Below, piece by piece: positions 8,228 through 16,401 of a stretch of DNA of 16,401 nucleotides. Within the stretch, counting starts at the first letter, position 1. The number at the start of each line of letters is the position of its first letter. A program made the position numbers and the translations under genes. The notes under the pieces are model-generated. The model made no database searches. It saw only the letters and a program-made list of their open reading frames with translations, and was not told the origin of the DNA. The DNA comes from Candidatus Hadarchaeota archaeon (lineage in GTDB: Archaea > CAYQAE01 > CAYVLA01): assembly GCA_964621445.1 (NCBI GenBank), contig CAZUNO010000038.1, positions 1-16,401 of the forward strand. Reading direction: 5' to 3'.

Positions 8228-8394
8228 CTAGCTGTACTTCGAACCCCTCAGGCCCGAATTCACATCTCCAATGCAGAGAATCCTACCTGCCCTGGGGGCC
8301 GACCTTTTGGCCACGACGGGTTGAAAACCCCATATTAGGAGGAAACCCGCATAACAGGGCAATTCCGCTTCCAGGCTCCTCGGGCCCCAACCAT
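8228..8394 (-). pseudogene. Relic of a family member's 5' end (closest to paralog 1), frameshifted and truncated
   Basis: Minus-strand pieces GSGIALLCGF / QKVGPQGR / RILCIGDVNSGLRGSKYS* match paralog 1 GTGIALLCGF / QRVGPQGR / RVLCIGDVNTGLRGSRYN. DNA similarity to about 3183-3344 is obvious. Several indels and stops. Confidence 0.85.
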
Positions 8395-8546
8395 CCTTTA
8401 CTTCTATTGGCGCGGATAATGATGGACTATAACTAGAAAATCAGCTGTCCCGAAGTCGGTGTAAACCCTTAAAGGGGATTGCCAAACAAACCTCCAGGAG
8501 ATCCTCTGCCCTGAAACAAACTGATCCTTCCCCAGCCTTCCGGCCC

Positions 8547-9344
8547 TTGAGACGCTCCCTTGTATTCAAGGGCGTCGAGCGAGAGTATTTCCTGGCCCTG
8601 CCCAGGAATTTCGATCCGGACGAAATGCACTGGCCCCTGGTCTTCGTCCACGGCGGCGGTGGCAACGCCCGAAGAAACCGAAAGGGCATCCTAATCCACC
8701 GTTTCATGAACGAGCTTGACCTGCCAGCCATTTTGATCCTGCCCAGATTTATCACCGAGGACAAGCAGGTAAGCCGTTTTCCATCGCTCGGAGAGGGAGC
8801 CTTCCTGAAGGAGGCACTCAAGGATGTTTGGGCTGAATTCAGCTTCCACCGAAAGGTCCTGCTGGGCGGGTACTCCATGGGTGGGCAGTTCTCCCACCGG
8901 TTCGCACTTTTCAACCCCGGCCTGGTCCGGGCCTGCGCCTCCCTTGCCGCCGGAACCTGGTCGACCCCGGACGGAAGGTTGTTGACCGAGAGTTACGGCG
9001 AGGTCCGGGACCCGGAGACCTTCCTCTCCTGCAGGGCGAATGCGGGGAAGGTCCCCGAACGACTTCATGACTTATTCGACGGGCGAACGGCCGAGGTGGC
9101 CGGTCTTACCGCCGAGAAGGAAGCGGAGAAAATCCCTTTTCTGGTCATGTGCGGCAGGCTCGACCCGCGCTTCGACATCGCCAGGAAATTCGCCTCCAGC
9201 CTCAGGGAATTCGGGTTCGAGGTGGAGACGGAATGGCCAAGAACACCACACTCATCAAGCTGGGAAAAATACCGTGATGAATACCAGAGATATCCCCGGC
9301 ATGTTATAGAGTTCCTCAGGAGATGCATCGCGGATGGTGAATAG
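8547..9344 (+). CDS. Alpha/beta-fold hydrolase (esterase; PHB depolymerase/feruloyl esterase-like)
   Basis: REYFLALP...WPLVFVHGGGG, nucleophile elbow GYSMGG, FLVMCGRLD (Asp) and TPH (His). The frame is open upstream to a CTG at 8511 preceded by GGAG, so the start may be 12 codons earlier. Confidence 0.85.
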   Translation: MRRSLVFKGVEREYFLALPRNFDPDEMHWPLVFVHGGGGNARRNRKGILIHRFMNELDLPAILILPRFITEDKQVSRFPSLGEGAFLKEALKDVWAEFSFHRKVLLGGYSMGGQFSHRFALFNPGLVRACASLAAGTWSTPDGRLLTESYGEVRDPETFLSCRANAGKVPERLHDLFDGRTAEVAGLTAEKEAEKIPFLVMCGRLDPRFDIARKFASSLREFGFEVETEWPRTPHSSSWEKYRDEYQRYPRHVIEFLRRCIADGE

Positions 9345-9385
9345 ACGGGGGAGTTGCAGGGGGAGGAGTGATACCTTGGACCCAT

Positions 9386-10516
9386 TTACTGTGGGTTCCA
9401 TCTCCTCTGAACCATGTCCCTGAAATTACCTATGCGGTGGAAGGTGAGGAAATTGGCATCGTGCCTGTTGGCGGCCCCGCCAAGCCCGTCACCGTAGGCG
9501 GTGCGGGACAGGGCAAGTATATCCCGGCCCTCGAACACCCAGTCCGGGTACTGGAAGGCGTGTGTCTCGTACTCAGGATGGTAGGCGATGGCCTCATGAA
9601 CCACCCATTTCCGGAGATCCTCGCTGCTGGAGACGGCGAGGCAGTTCCGGAACTTGCCGGCCTTCCCGGGTTCCAGATGACCGAGGTCACTCGGGTGGAT
9701 GGGGTTCACGACCGACCAGTATCTCCCCGTCTCCGGGTCAAACCGGATGGTGAACTTCTTGCTCGTCCCCCCCGGGAACTCCAGGTAACCGCTGCTTGGG
9801 TCGAAACTCAGGTTCCTTCCGTCACCGGTGACCTCGATAATCGCTGCCGTGCTGTGCCCCCGGTGCAGGGCTATCCTGGTAACTATGCACATCCCGCCAT
9901 CGGGCCTTACCACCGCGTTGCCCTCCCGCCAGGACCTCATTCTCTCGTCCTGGCAAGGGGCACACTCCAGCTTCTCGGAGAAGGTCCAGCTGGAGGACCT
10001 CAACAAATCGGCATCCGCAGGCACTGACATCATGAACGGGCGCTGCCCCTCCGTATTCCTGTCCTCCATGGCCCGCCACAGACGGCCTTCATGCAGCACC
10101 ACGGGGACGGGGGCACAGTGGTACTTCCCCCGGGCCAGAACCCCGCTATCCTCGTCCAGTGGAACCGTCCACTCCCTTCCTCCGTCTGTGGAACGCCGGA
10201 TCACGACATCCCCATTCTTCCCGCTAGTTCCAATGATGTACAGCCCGCCACGGTGGGTGAAGAGCGTGGACCAGAACTGTCCCTCGGGGGAGGCCAACTT
10301 CTTCCATGTCCGGCCGCTGTCCGTTGACCCGAATACCACCGAGGAATTGTACCTGCCGCGGTCTCCTCCGGGGCCAAAGTAATCGTTGGAGGCCACGTAG
10401 CCACCCTCTGGAAGTACGGCGATGCTCGGGGAGCCAATGTACCTCTCGGTTCTGGCCGGTGAATGGTTGATGACCACGCCAGGCACCTTTGAAAAATCCG
10501 GGTTTTCGTCGCTCAT
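9386..10516 (-). CDS. Sialidase-family/BNR Asp-box beta-propeller glycoside hydrolase-like protein
   Basis: 376 aa with Asp-boxes STDSGRTW, STDGGREW and SSEDLRKW, plus YIGSPSIA, WREGNAV and AFQYPDW...HDANFLTFHRI. No signal peptide. GAAAAGG-TTTTTAC about 25 nt upstream of the ATG. Confidence 0.85.
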   Translation of the reverse strand: MSDENPDFSKVPGVVINHSPARTERYIGSPSIAVLPEGGYVASNDYFGPGGDRGRYNSSVVFGSTDSGRTWKKLASPEGQFWSTLFTHRGGLYIIGTSGKNGDVVIRRSTDGGREWTVPLDEDSGVLARGKYHCAPVPVVLHEGRLWRAMEDRNTEGQRPFMMSVPADADLLRSSSWTFSEKLECAPCQDERMRSWREGNAVVRPDGGMCIVTRIALHRGHSTAAIIEVTGDGRNLSFDPSSGYLEFPGGTSKKFTIRFDPETGRYWSVVNPIHPSDLGHLEPGKAGKFRNCLAVSSSEDLRKWVVHEAIAYHPEYETHAFQYPDWVFEGRDILALSRTAYGDGLGGAANRHDANFLTFHRIGNFRDMVQRRWNPQ

Positions 10517-10633
10517 GAGGGGGACTTAGGAAATTAGGAAAGTAAAAACCTTTTCAACATTCCTAAGAAAAAACAAACATTCCGGTCAGGATGTTCCTTG
10601 AGGGTTCGGTTCTAGATTCAATATGATTGGGGT

Positions 10634-11920
10634 CTATTCCGCCTTTAACCGCAGGCGTGAGACTCCAGCCTCCCTGTACAGCCTCCTCCTGACCATCAGC
10701 GACCACAGCACATAACTCGAGACCATCAGGGTCCCCATTAGCGCACACCACTCCGTCACGTAGACCCAGAAAAGGGCCTCGTCCTTGGCCCTCGTCGCCT
10801 CCTCCCTGATCCGGATGTGCTCCGCCCTAGCCCGGTCCAAGATGGTCAGAGCCTCCTCAAATGACCCGCCAAGGTAGGCATCCTCGGCCGCTTCCCTGAT
10901 ACCGTTCACCGCCTCCAGCTCGTCCCGAAGCTTCTTGGGATTCCCTCCAAATTTCTCCACCCAGTCCAGCATGGACCCCGCCACCGATCTCATCTGGTTG
11001 TACTCTATGAACTCAATCATCACCCGCTTGAAGAGGTATGGATCCTTGGGCAGGGTCTTTCCCACCACCCTGTAGACCAGGTACATCATGGCCTGCGGGA
11101 AAAGGTCCCAGTTATTGGCCCAGGCCCTGGTCCCCGCCGGAAACGCGGTGGCGAAGCTCAAAGTGGTCCCCTCCCCAATATTCCAGAAAGTCATCAATGG
11201 AAAGATCTGGTCCCCTCCCACCAATCCAGCCCACTCCCGGCTGCCCTCCCTGGGGATTTGGTTATTCAGGTTAGCAAGGGGAGGGGACTTTTCCCAGGGC
11301 AGTGCCTGCATCAGTTCCTCGTCACTATCCAGTATCCTTACGTAAAATAGACCATTGAGGAACCTATTCACGGGGTCCACGGTGACCGGCAGGACACGGC
11401 CCAGCGCGGTGCTCACCCAATCGAAGTCACCCGCCCCTCTGTAAACGACGGATCCCAGGGTCAATAATCCCATGCCGTCCACCTCGACACCATCGGCCAT
11501 CCAGCTGATCCATTCCGGCTTGAAAACCTTGTTATCACAGTCGCTCAGTATTATCGATTCGTAATTTTGGACCAGGTCATCCCGGGTGCGTGGCATGTAA
11601 ACCCTCAAGTGTCGCACTGCTTCGTCAAAACCACCCTTGATCATGTCCGACCTGGCGAGGACGAAGGTAACGTCGATCGCCGGGTCCTCCTGGATTATGG
11701 AATAGCTGTTGTACCTGCCCACGTGGCCAACATCCCCCATGCAAAGCACACTTACCTTACCCCCGGCTCCCACCCTTTGGGAAGGACATGGATGGAGCCC
11801 GAGGAGCAGCAATATCCCCACTGCCATTGCCCACCTCCACACGGGGACTCCAGTTAGAGAAGCCACCAAGCCCCTCGAACACCGGAAAATCTCTCTCATA
11901 ACCATCATTAAAGGAACCAC
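10634..11920 (-). CDS. Membrane-anchored surface protein, paralog 4
   Basis: 428 aa, collinear with paralog 1 (QRVG..G.V.VLC.GDV, RYNSY, RVYMPRT, LPWEKSPPL), with the last ~60 aa almost identical. The true start may be ATG 11908, which has GAGGAG upstream. Confidence 0.85.
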   Translation of the reverse strand: MVPLMMVMREIFRCSRGLVASLTGVPVWRWAMAVGILLLLGLHPCPSQRVGAGGKVSVLCMGDVGHVGRYNSYSIIQEDPAIDVTFVLARSDMIKGGFDEAVRHLRVYMPRTRDDLVQNYESIILSDCDNKVFKPEWISWMADGVEVDGMGLLTLGSVVYRGAGDFDWVSTALGRVLPVTVDPVNRFLNGLFYVRILDSDEELMQALPWEKSPPLANLNNQIPREGSREWAGLVGGDQIFPLMTFWNIGEGTTLSFATAFPAGTRAWANNWDLFPQAMMYLVYRVVGKTLPKDPYLFKRVMIEFIEYNQMRSVAGSMLDWVEKFGGNPKKLRDELEAVNGIREAAEDAYLGGSFEEALTILDRARAEHIRIREEATRAKDEALFWVYVTEWCALMGTLMVSSYVLWSLMVRRRLYREAGVSRLRLKAE

Positions 11921-12057
11921 TCCTCGATGACCGGGACGGAATAATCAGCCCACTAATATTTCTAGTGCCACCCGGTATCAAGAATCGCTTCACCTGATCA
12001 TAACGGGAACGGCAGAAACATCTAATTCCCGCAGAGACAGAACTCACCTCAGAATCT

Positions 12058-12155
12058 CTATCGCTTCCTGGTAATCCCCACCTCGCGATAGAGTTGCCTC
12101 CTGCCCCTCACCCTCCATAACACGACACCGGTTAGGGTCAGTAGGACGAAGATAC
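12058..12155 (-). pseudogene. Probable relic of a family member's C-terminal TM and tail
   Basis: GIFVLLTLTGVVLWRVRGRRQLYREVGITRKR* resembles VMVTGVFLWALIIRKKLYKDVKTTR and VLWSLMVRRRLYREAGVSR. The upstream part of ORF 12058..12294 has no family similarity and overlaps the divergent promoter region. Confidence 0.55.
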
Positions 12156-12293
12156 CCCGGGACTTTTCCCTTTCTCTCGGTTTGAGCTTTTCATTGAATA
12201 GGATTGTCCGAATCTCCCGATATCCTACGTCCCGTTGCTCTTTTGGAAAGTCATTTATGATCCAGTAATTTTGGATGGACGGGAAGCCATTCA

Positions 12294-14099
12294 ATGCGTG
12301 GAATTATTCCCGCCATATTGCTCACCGCTTTCCTGCTTCCCTTTAGCGTTGCCGCTTCCTATGAGGACATGGAGCAGCTGGACCAGGCAGCGACCTTCAG
12401 CTTCGCCATAATGAGCGACAACAAGGGCGATTCGCCCTATAGCAGCGAGGAGTTCGCCAACATGGTTGACTCCATCAACCGAAGCAGCGACGCCTTCGTG
12501 ATCGGTCTGGGCGACCACGTGAAAAGGGGATGGTCCAACGACTTTCTCCAGTTCCTCGATGACGACGAGTGGTGGCACAGGTGGTTCTACCCCAACGTGG
12601 CCGATGGCGAAAACGAATATTACGGCCAGGGGCAGGGCGACTGGGGGGCCGGGGCACCCATCCTTGACGAGGTCGATATGGACACCAGACCAGGTGTTGA
12701 AATCAGGGATAACGGAGCTGAATACTACGCCAGGATCGAGGTAAAGGGCTACACGATCCATCTCATCCAGCTAACATTCTCCGACACGCCATCCGACCCC
12801 GACACGGCATTTACCGAGTCCAGCAGGAACTACCTCATCGAGACCCTAAATGGTATAGACAAGGGCCAGAAGGACATGGTGATAGTGGGGGCCCATTCCA
12901 TAGGGGGTAGCTGGTTGGAGGTCCTATCTGAGGAAAGAATCGAGGCGGTCATGGACAAGACCGATCTCCTACTCTCCGCAACCACCCATTACTTCACCAG
13001 AATCATCCCCCGCGGCTACTCATACAGTGGTGCTCTCTGCATAAACACCGGATCGATAACCTATCCCTCGGGAGGCAGCGAACCGGGATATGTCCAGGTC
13101 CACGTCCTGGAAGACCCTCTCCGTCTGGTGACCCACTACCACGATGCCCGCCAGGAGGAGAGGGTGATCAGATGCGGCAGATATTCATTTGTAAAGGAGA
13201 TAGATGGCATAATACTGGAGGACATCTGCTCCTACGACCCGGACATACCGGCCTGTTGGCCCGAGGACCCCGCCACTTCCCCTCCAGAGGTCGTGCAGGG
13301 AGAGATATTCACGGTCACCTGCAGGGCGAAATACCGATCCGTCCCCGTCAAACCAAACGTAACCCTCGACCTTTACAAGGTAGAGGGAGACAAGCTGCCC
13401 ATGTACGATGACGGGTCCCCGGGAGATGGCATTGCCGGGGATGGTGTTTACTCCCTGACCACCCGGATGCCATCAGATGCCCGGCTCGGAGAGCACCACC
13501 TGGACCTGATCATGGAGTACGGGGAGGAGAACACCGACACCGAGGTGGAAGTAACCGTGCTCCCGGCAGGAGACTACCTAATATTTTCTGATCGGATGCG
13601 CCCGGGCTGGATTAAGGAGGAGATGGGAGGCGCCAATCTCACACTGTCGGCGGATGACCCGAACAAGGGATCGGTCTGCCAACACCTATCACTGGACAGG
13701 GGCGGTGGTGCCCGCTACAGCTATATAGTCGAGGAGGGATTTCCGACATCCGGCTTCGATACACTCGAATTCTTGATAAGACCAGTTGAAATGACCCCCG
13801 AAAGCATCTTCATTCAATTATCGTCAGAAGGTGCTCCAGGCACTGTAACCCTTAGCGATCTTGGACTGGACTTTCCCGAGGGATCATGGACCCCGGTGAG
13901 AGTGCCTCTGGAATCCTTGGGGATGAACGGCACGTATCTTTCATCCATCAGAATCTCCTCAACCGTCCCCACCGACTTATACCTAGATGATCTCAAAATG
14001 TCAGTGGAAATGGATCAAAAAATCCTGTACCTACTAATCATTTGGCTAGGATTTTGTTGCTTTGAGAGAGCAGAACCTGCCAAAACGGCGACCAGCTAG
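12294..14099 (+). CDS. Secreted multidomain protein: calcineurin-like metallophosphoesterase, Ig-like domain with choice-of-anchor X-type motif, CBM-like beta-sandwich, C-terminal hydrophobic anchor
   Basis: Signal peptide; FSFAIMSDNKG, GLGDHV, GENE, VGAHS and TTHYF in metallophosphoesterase motif order; MYDDGSPGDGIAGDGVYS; FDTLEFLIR...SWTPVRVPLESLG...LYLDDLKM; terminal ILYLLIIWLGFCCF. Confidence 0.75.
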   Translation: MRGIIPAILLTAFLLPFSVAASYEDMEQLDQAATFSFAIMSDNKGDSPYSSEEFANMVDSINRSSDAFVIGLGDHVKRGWSNDFLQFLDDDEWWHRWFYPNVADGENEYYGQGQGDWGAGAPILDEVDMDTRPGVEIRDNGAEYYARIEVKGYTIHLIQLTFSDTPSDPDTAFTESSRNYLIETLNGIDKGQKDMVIVGAHSIGGSWLEVLSEERIEAVMDKTDLLLSATTHYFTRIIPRGYSYSGALCINTGSITYPSGGSEPGYVQVHVLEDPLRLVTHYHDARQEERVIRCGRYSFVKEIDGIILEDICSYDPDIPACWPEDPATSPPEVVQGEIFTVTCRAKYRSVPVKPNVTLDLYKVEGDKLPMYDDGSPGDGIAGDGVYSLTTRMPSDARLGEHHLDLIMEYGEENTDTEVEVTVLPAGDYLIFSDRMRPGWIKEEMGGANLTLSADDPNKGSVCQHLSLDRGGGARYSYIVEEGFPTSGFDTLEFLIRPVEMTPESIFIQLSSEGAPGTVTLSDLGLDFPEGSWTPVRVPLESLGMNGTYLSSIRISSTVPTDLYLDDLKMSVEMDQKILYLLIIWLGFCCFERAEPAKTATS

Positions 14100-14118
14100 A
14101 AAACGCACCCGGCACATT

Positions 14119-14133
14119 CCTTTTTTCATTCTT
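14119..14133 (+). terminator. Oligo-T tract, candidate archaeal terminator
   Basis: CCTTTTTTCATTCTT about 20 nt after the TAG at 14099. Confidence 0.35.
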
Positions 14134-14415
14134 CACGCGAAATAACTCATATATATGATCTAGTTCGCCAACGGTCTTTTTCGAGCACCTCAGCGAATGA
14201 AACCGCATTGGAGAGGTATGACCCTATCAGCCAGAGGCCACTTTGTCGCAACAGGCATCCTAGCATTATGGTTTCAAGTCGAAATGGAATACTGATGCAT
14301 TATCGATGAATGTTTTGGAAAACAATATTCCCGATAGAGTTCACATAATCAGCCATTAGCAAAAAGAGTTTTACGCCGAATACCTTTCCTCTGATATTGC
14401 CGAGGATGAGCCTCA

Positions 14416-15648
14416 TTGCAACCAAACCTACTCCTGATCATGGTGGACTCCCTGCGCCCTGACTTCCTGGGCCAGACAAAGAATTCTCGCAAGGTAACCC
14501 CCTGCATCGATTCGCTTGCCCAAGCCGGTGTCTTCATGGAGAACGCCTTCTGTCCCATGCCCTCTAGTGCTCCATCCAGGGCAACCATATTCACCGGCAG
14601 ATTCCCCCATTCCCACGGCGTTAAGGTGAACGACCTGCCCCTGCCGGCCCGGGAAACCACCCTAGCCCAGATACTGGACGAGGCAGGATACACCACGGCT
14701 GCGGCGCCAAAGCTAGATGAGGGTTTCGAGAAGGGATTCCAGCATACGGACATATTTGACGCCTACCGGAACAACCGAGAGGCCGGACACCACCAGGAGG
14801 AGAGCACCCTCATAACCGACGCCGCCATAGAATGGATACAGGGCGGCGGAGAGCCCTGGTTCCTGTGGTTGGACTACGAATCAATACACGAGCCCTGGCG
14901 ACCGCCCGAACGCTTCCGGTCACTGTTCGATGAATCCTACCAGGGAGACGACCTTGACAGCCCCAAGATGTACCAGCCCGGCCTATCCCATAAAGACCTG
15001 CTCCATATCCGCTCCCTGTACCGGGCAGAGGTAGCAATGATGGACGAGAACATCGGGCGGTTGTTGAAAACGCTGGAGAGAGCCGATCTGAGAAAATCAA
15101 CCATTGTGATCCTGCTCAGCGACCACGGGGTCTTCCTGGGCGAACACCAGTTCTTCAAGAAGCCCCCCTTCCTCTACGATCCACTCATTAAATCCACCCT
15201 GATATTCTCCTGGCCCGGGGAACTGGCATCCGGTCTGCGTGTGGACTCCCTGGCCCAAATGGTGGACGTATTACCCACCATACTCAGTATCCTCGACCTC
15301 CCGGCACCCGAGGAATGCCAGGGGCGCATCCTAGGTCCCATTTTAGATGATGGATGTGAGACTAACCACGAGATCTTCGTTGAGTTCTGCGAATACAAAG
15401 GAACCGCCGTCAAGGCCGTCCGTAACCGGAGATGGAAGCTAATCCATCATCGGTCAGTGGGAGACATACCCTGGGCAGGGGATTACTCCCCCGGAGAGGT
15501 TTTCGAGAAGGCAGGTCTGGAAAGAGATATGCTATTCGATCTCTCCAGGGATCCTCACGAGGAAATCAACGTTCTCAGTGAAAATCCCCATATCGGCGAA
15601 AAGATGCGAACCTCCCTATTGGACTGGATGATCGATAACGAAGGCTAA
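14416..15648 (+). CDS. Sulfatase (formylglycine-dependent, Ser-type; choline-sulfatase-like)
   Basis: QPNLLLIMVDSLRPD, signature SAPSRATIFTG (SxPxR), HEPW, SDHG..LGEH, KK..LYD and WKLI...LFDLSRDPHEEIN. TTG start with GAGG upstream; no signal peptide. Confidence 0.92.
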   Translation: MQPNLLLIMVDSLRPDFLGQTKNSRKVTPCIDSLAQAGVFMENAFCPMPSSAPSRATIFTGRFPHSHGVKVNDLPLPARETTLAQILDEAGYTTAAAPKLDEGFEKGFQHTDIFDAYRNNREAGHHQEESTLITDAAIEWIQGGGEPWFLWLDYESIHEPWRPPERFRSLFDESYQGDDLDSPKMYQPGLSHKDLLHIRSLYRAEVAMMDENIGRLLKTLERADLRKSTIVILLSDHGVFLGEHQFFKKPPFLYDPLIKSTLIFSWPGELASGLRVDSLAQMVDVLPTILSILDLPAPEECQGRILGPILDDGCETNHEIFVEFCEYKGTAVKAVRNRRWKLIHHRSVGDIPWAGDYSPGEVFEKAGLERDMLFDLSRDPHEEINVLSENPHIGEKMRTSLLDWMIDNEG

Positions 15649-15763
15649 ACCCGTCCAAATTTATCCGCCGCCCCAAAGCCATCACGGTCAAAACAAGGGT
15701 GTTCCACATTTAAGTACCGGTGCCCAGCATTTAATGGCAGTTCCCCCGTAAGGGTGTTCTTTC

Positions 15764-16401
15764 ATGAAGGAAAACAAGACCTGTTTTGCGTTGCTCTTCG
15801 GTAACCGCGGCTTCTTCCCCGGGTCCCTCATAGCGGAGGCCAGGGACGAGATCTCGAGCATGCTCCGGGAGTGGGGCCACGAGGTGACCATGCTACCCGA
15901 GGATGCCACCCGGTTCGGCGCCGTGGAGACCCCCGAGGAGGGAGATGTCTTCGCCGATCTCTACCAGGAAAACGAGGACCGGTGCGGGGGCATCATCATC
16001 AGCCTACCAAACTTCGGGGACGAGACCGGCACCCTATCCGCGGTCAAGGACGCCGATATACCCCTTCTGATCCATGCCTACCCCGACGATCTGGACAAGA
16101 TGGCCCCCGACCTCAGGCGGGACGCGTTCTGCGGCAAGCTCTCCATCATGGACGTTCTACGCCAGAACGGGGTCCGTTTCACCGCCCTCAAGCCCCATGT
16201 GGTCAGCCCCCAGGACGAAAGATTCAAGGAGAACATCGATCACTTCGACAGGGTTTGCAGGGTCACTAGTGGGATGAAGGACCTGGTAATCGGGGCCGTC
16301 GGCGCCCGGACCACCCCCTTCAAAACGGTCAGGGTGGACGAAATCGCCCTCCAGAAGCGGGGGATCACCGTCGAGACCTATGACCTCTCCCGGATAATTG
16401 A
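15764..16401 (+). CDS. L-fucose/L-arabinose isomerase family protein, N-terminal part (runs off the right edge)
   Basis: Translated by hand, absent from the ORF track: MKENKTCFALLFGNRGFFPGSL...TRFGAVET...GIIISLPNFGDE...RRDAFCGKLSIMDVLRQ...IGAVGARTTPFKTVRVDE, open to the window edge. These motifs are characteristic of the FucI/AraA-like family. Confidence 0.9.
   Translation, partial: MKENKTCFALLFGNRGFFPGSLIAEARDEISSMLREWGHEVTMLPEDATRFGAVETPEEGDVFADLYQENEDRCGGIIISLPNFGDETGTLSAVKDADIPLLIHAYPDDLDKMAPDLRRDAFCGKLSIMDVLRQNGVRFTALKPHVVSPQDERFKENIDHFDRVCRVTSGMKDLVIGAVGARTTPFKTVRVDEIALQKRGITVETYDLSRII

Noticed and set aside
2143-10839. Diversity-generating retroelement (TR/VR pair) as the cause of the near-identical repeat
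   Set aside because: No reverse transcriptase is in the window, both copies are coding, the mismatches are few and not adenine-specific, and the repeat covers the conserved anchor rather than a variable ligand-binding end.
1300-14099. Genome-wide TAG recoding (alternative genetic code)
   Set aside because: TAG ends the genes at 5298, 5405, 6919, 9344, 10634 and 14099. Paralogs ending in TAG stop at about the same position as the TAA-ending paralog 1.
14197-14295. Short ORF MKPHWRGMTLSARGHFVATGILALWFQVEMEY
   Set aside because: Too short and has no supporting homology; it could arise by chance.
1-16401. CRISPR array, tRNA/rRNA, IS element or integrase
   Set aside because: I saw no regularly spaced repeats, cloverleaf or rRNA-like sequence, terminal inverted repeats or transposase/recombinase motifs by eye. 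A covariance-model search was not possible.

Overview
Probably archaeal DNA: several starts have BRE/TATA-like boxes about 25-30 nt upstream, there are GGTGA/GGAG ribosome-binding sites, and an archaeal-type RHH antitoxin is present. Two gene sets are interleaved. (i) Glycan/ester catabolic genes: a Cys-type and a Ser-type sulfatase, an Asp-box sialidase-like protein, an alpha/beta hydrolase, a secreted multidomain metallophosphoesterase and an L-fucose/L-arabinose isomerase-family gene. (ii) A locally expanded family of secreted, C-terminally membrane-anchored proteins (class I GATase-like domain, helical stalk, TM helix, RRxLY tail). The family has four full-length copies, one split by a +1 frameshift in a G7 tract, plus three unannotated relic fragments in intergenic DNA. 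Two copies share a 100-bp perfectly identical 3' segment while their outer domains are only about half identical, which suggests recombination or gene conversion in a constant-anchor/variable-head repertoire. The left end holds a partial secreted-protein gene, a 5'-truncated gene with an in-frame TAG, and an orphan antitoxin. No rRNA, tRNA, CRISPR array or transposase was recognised.
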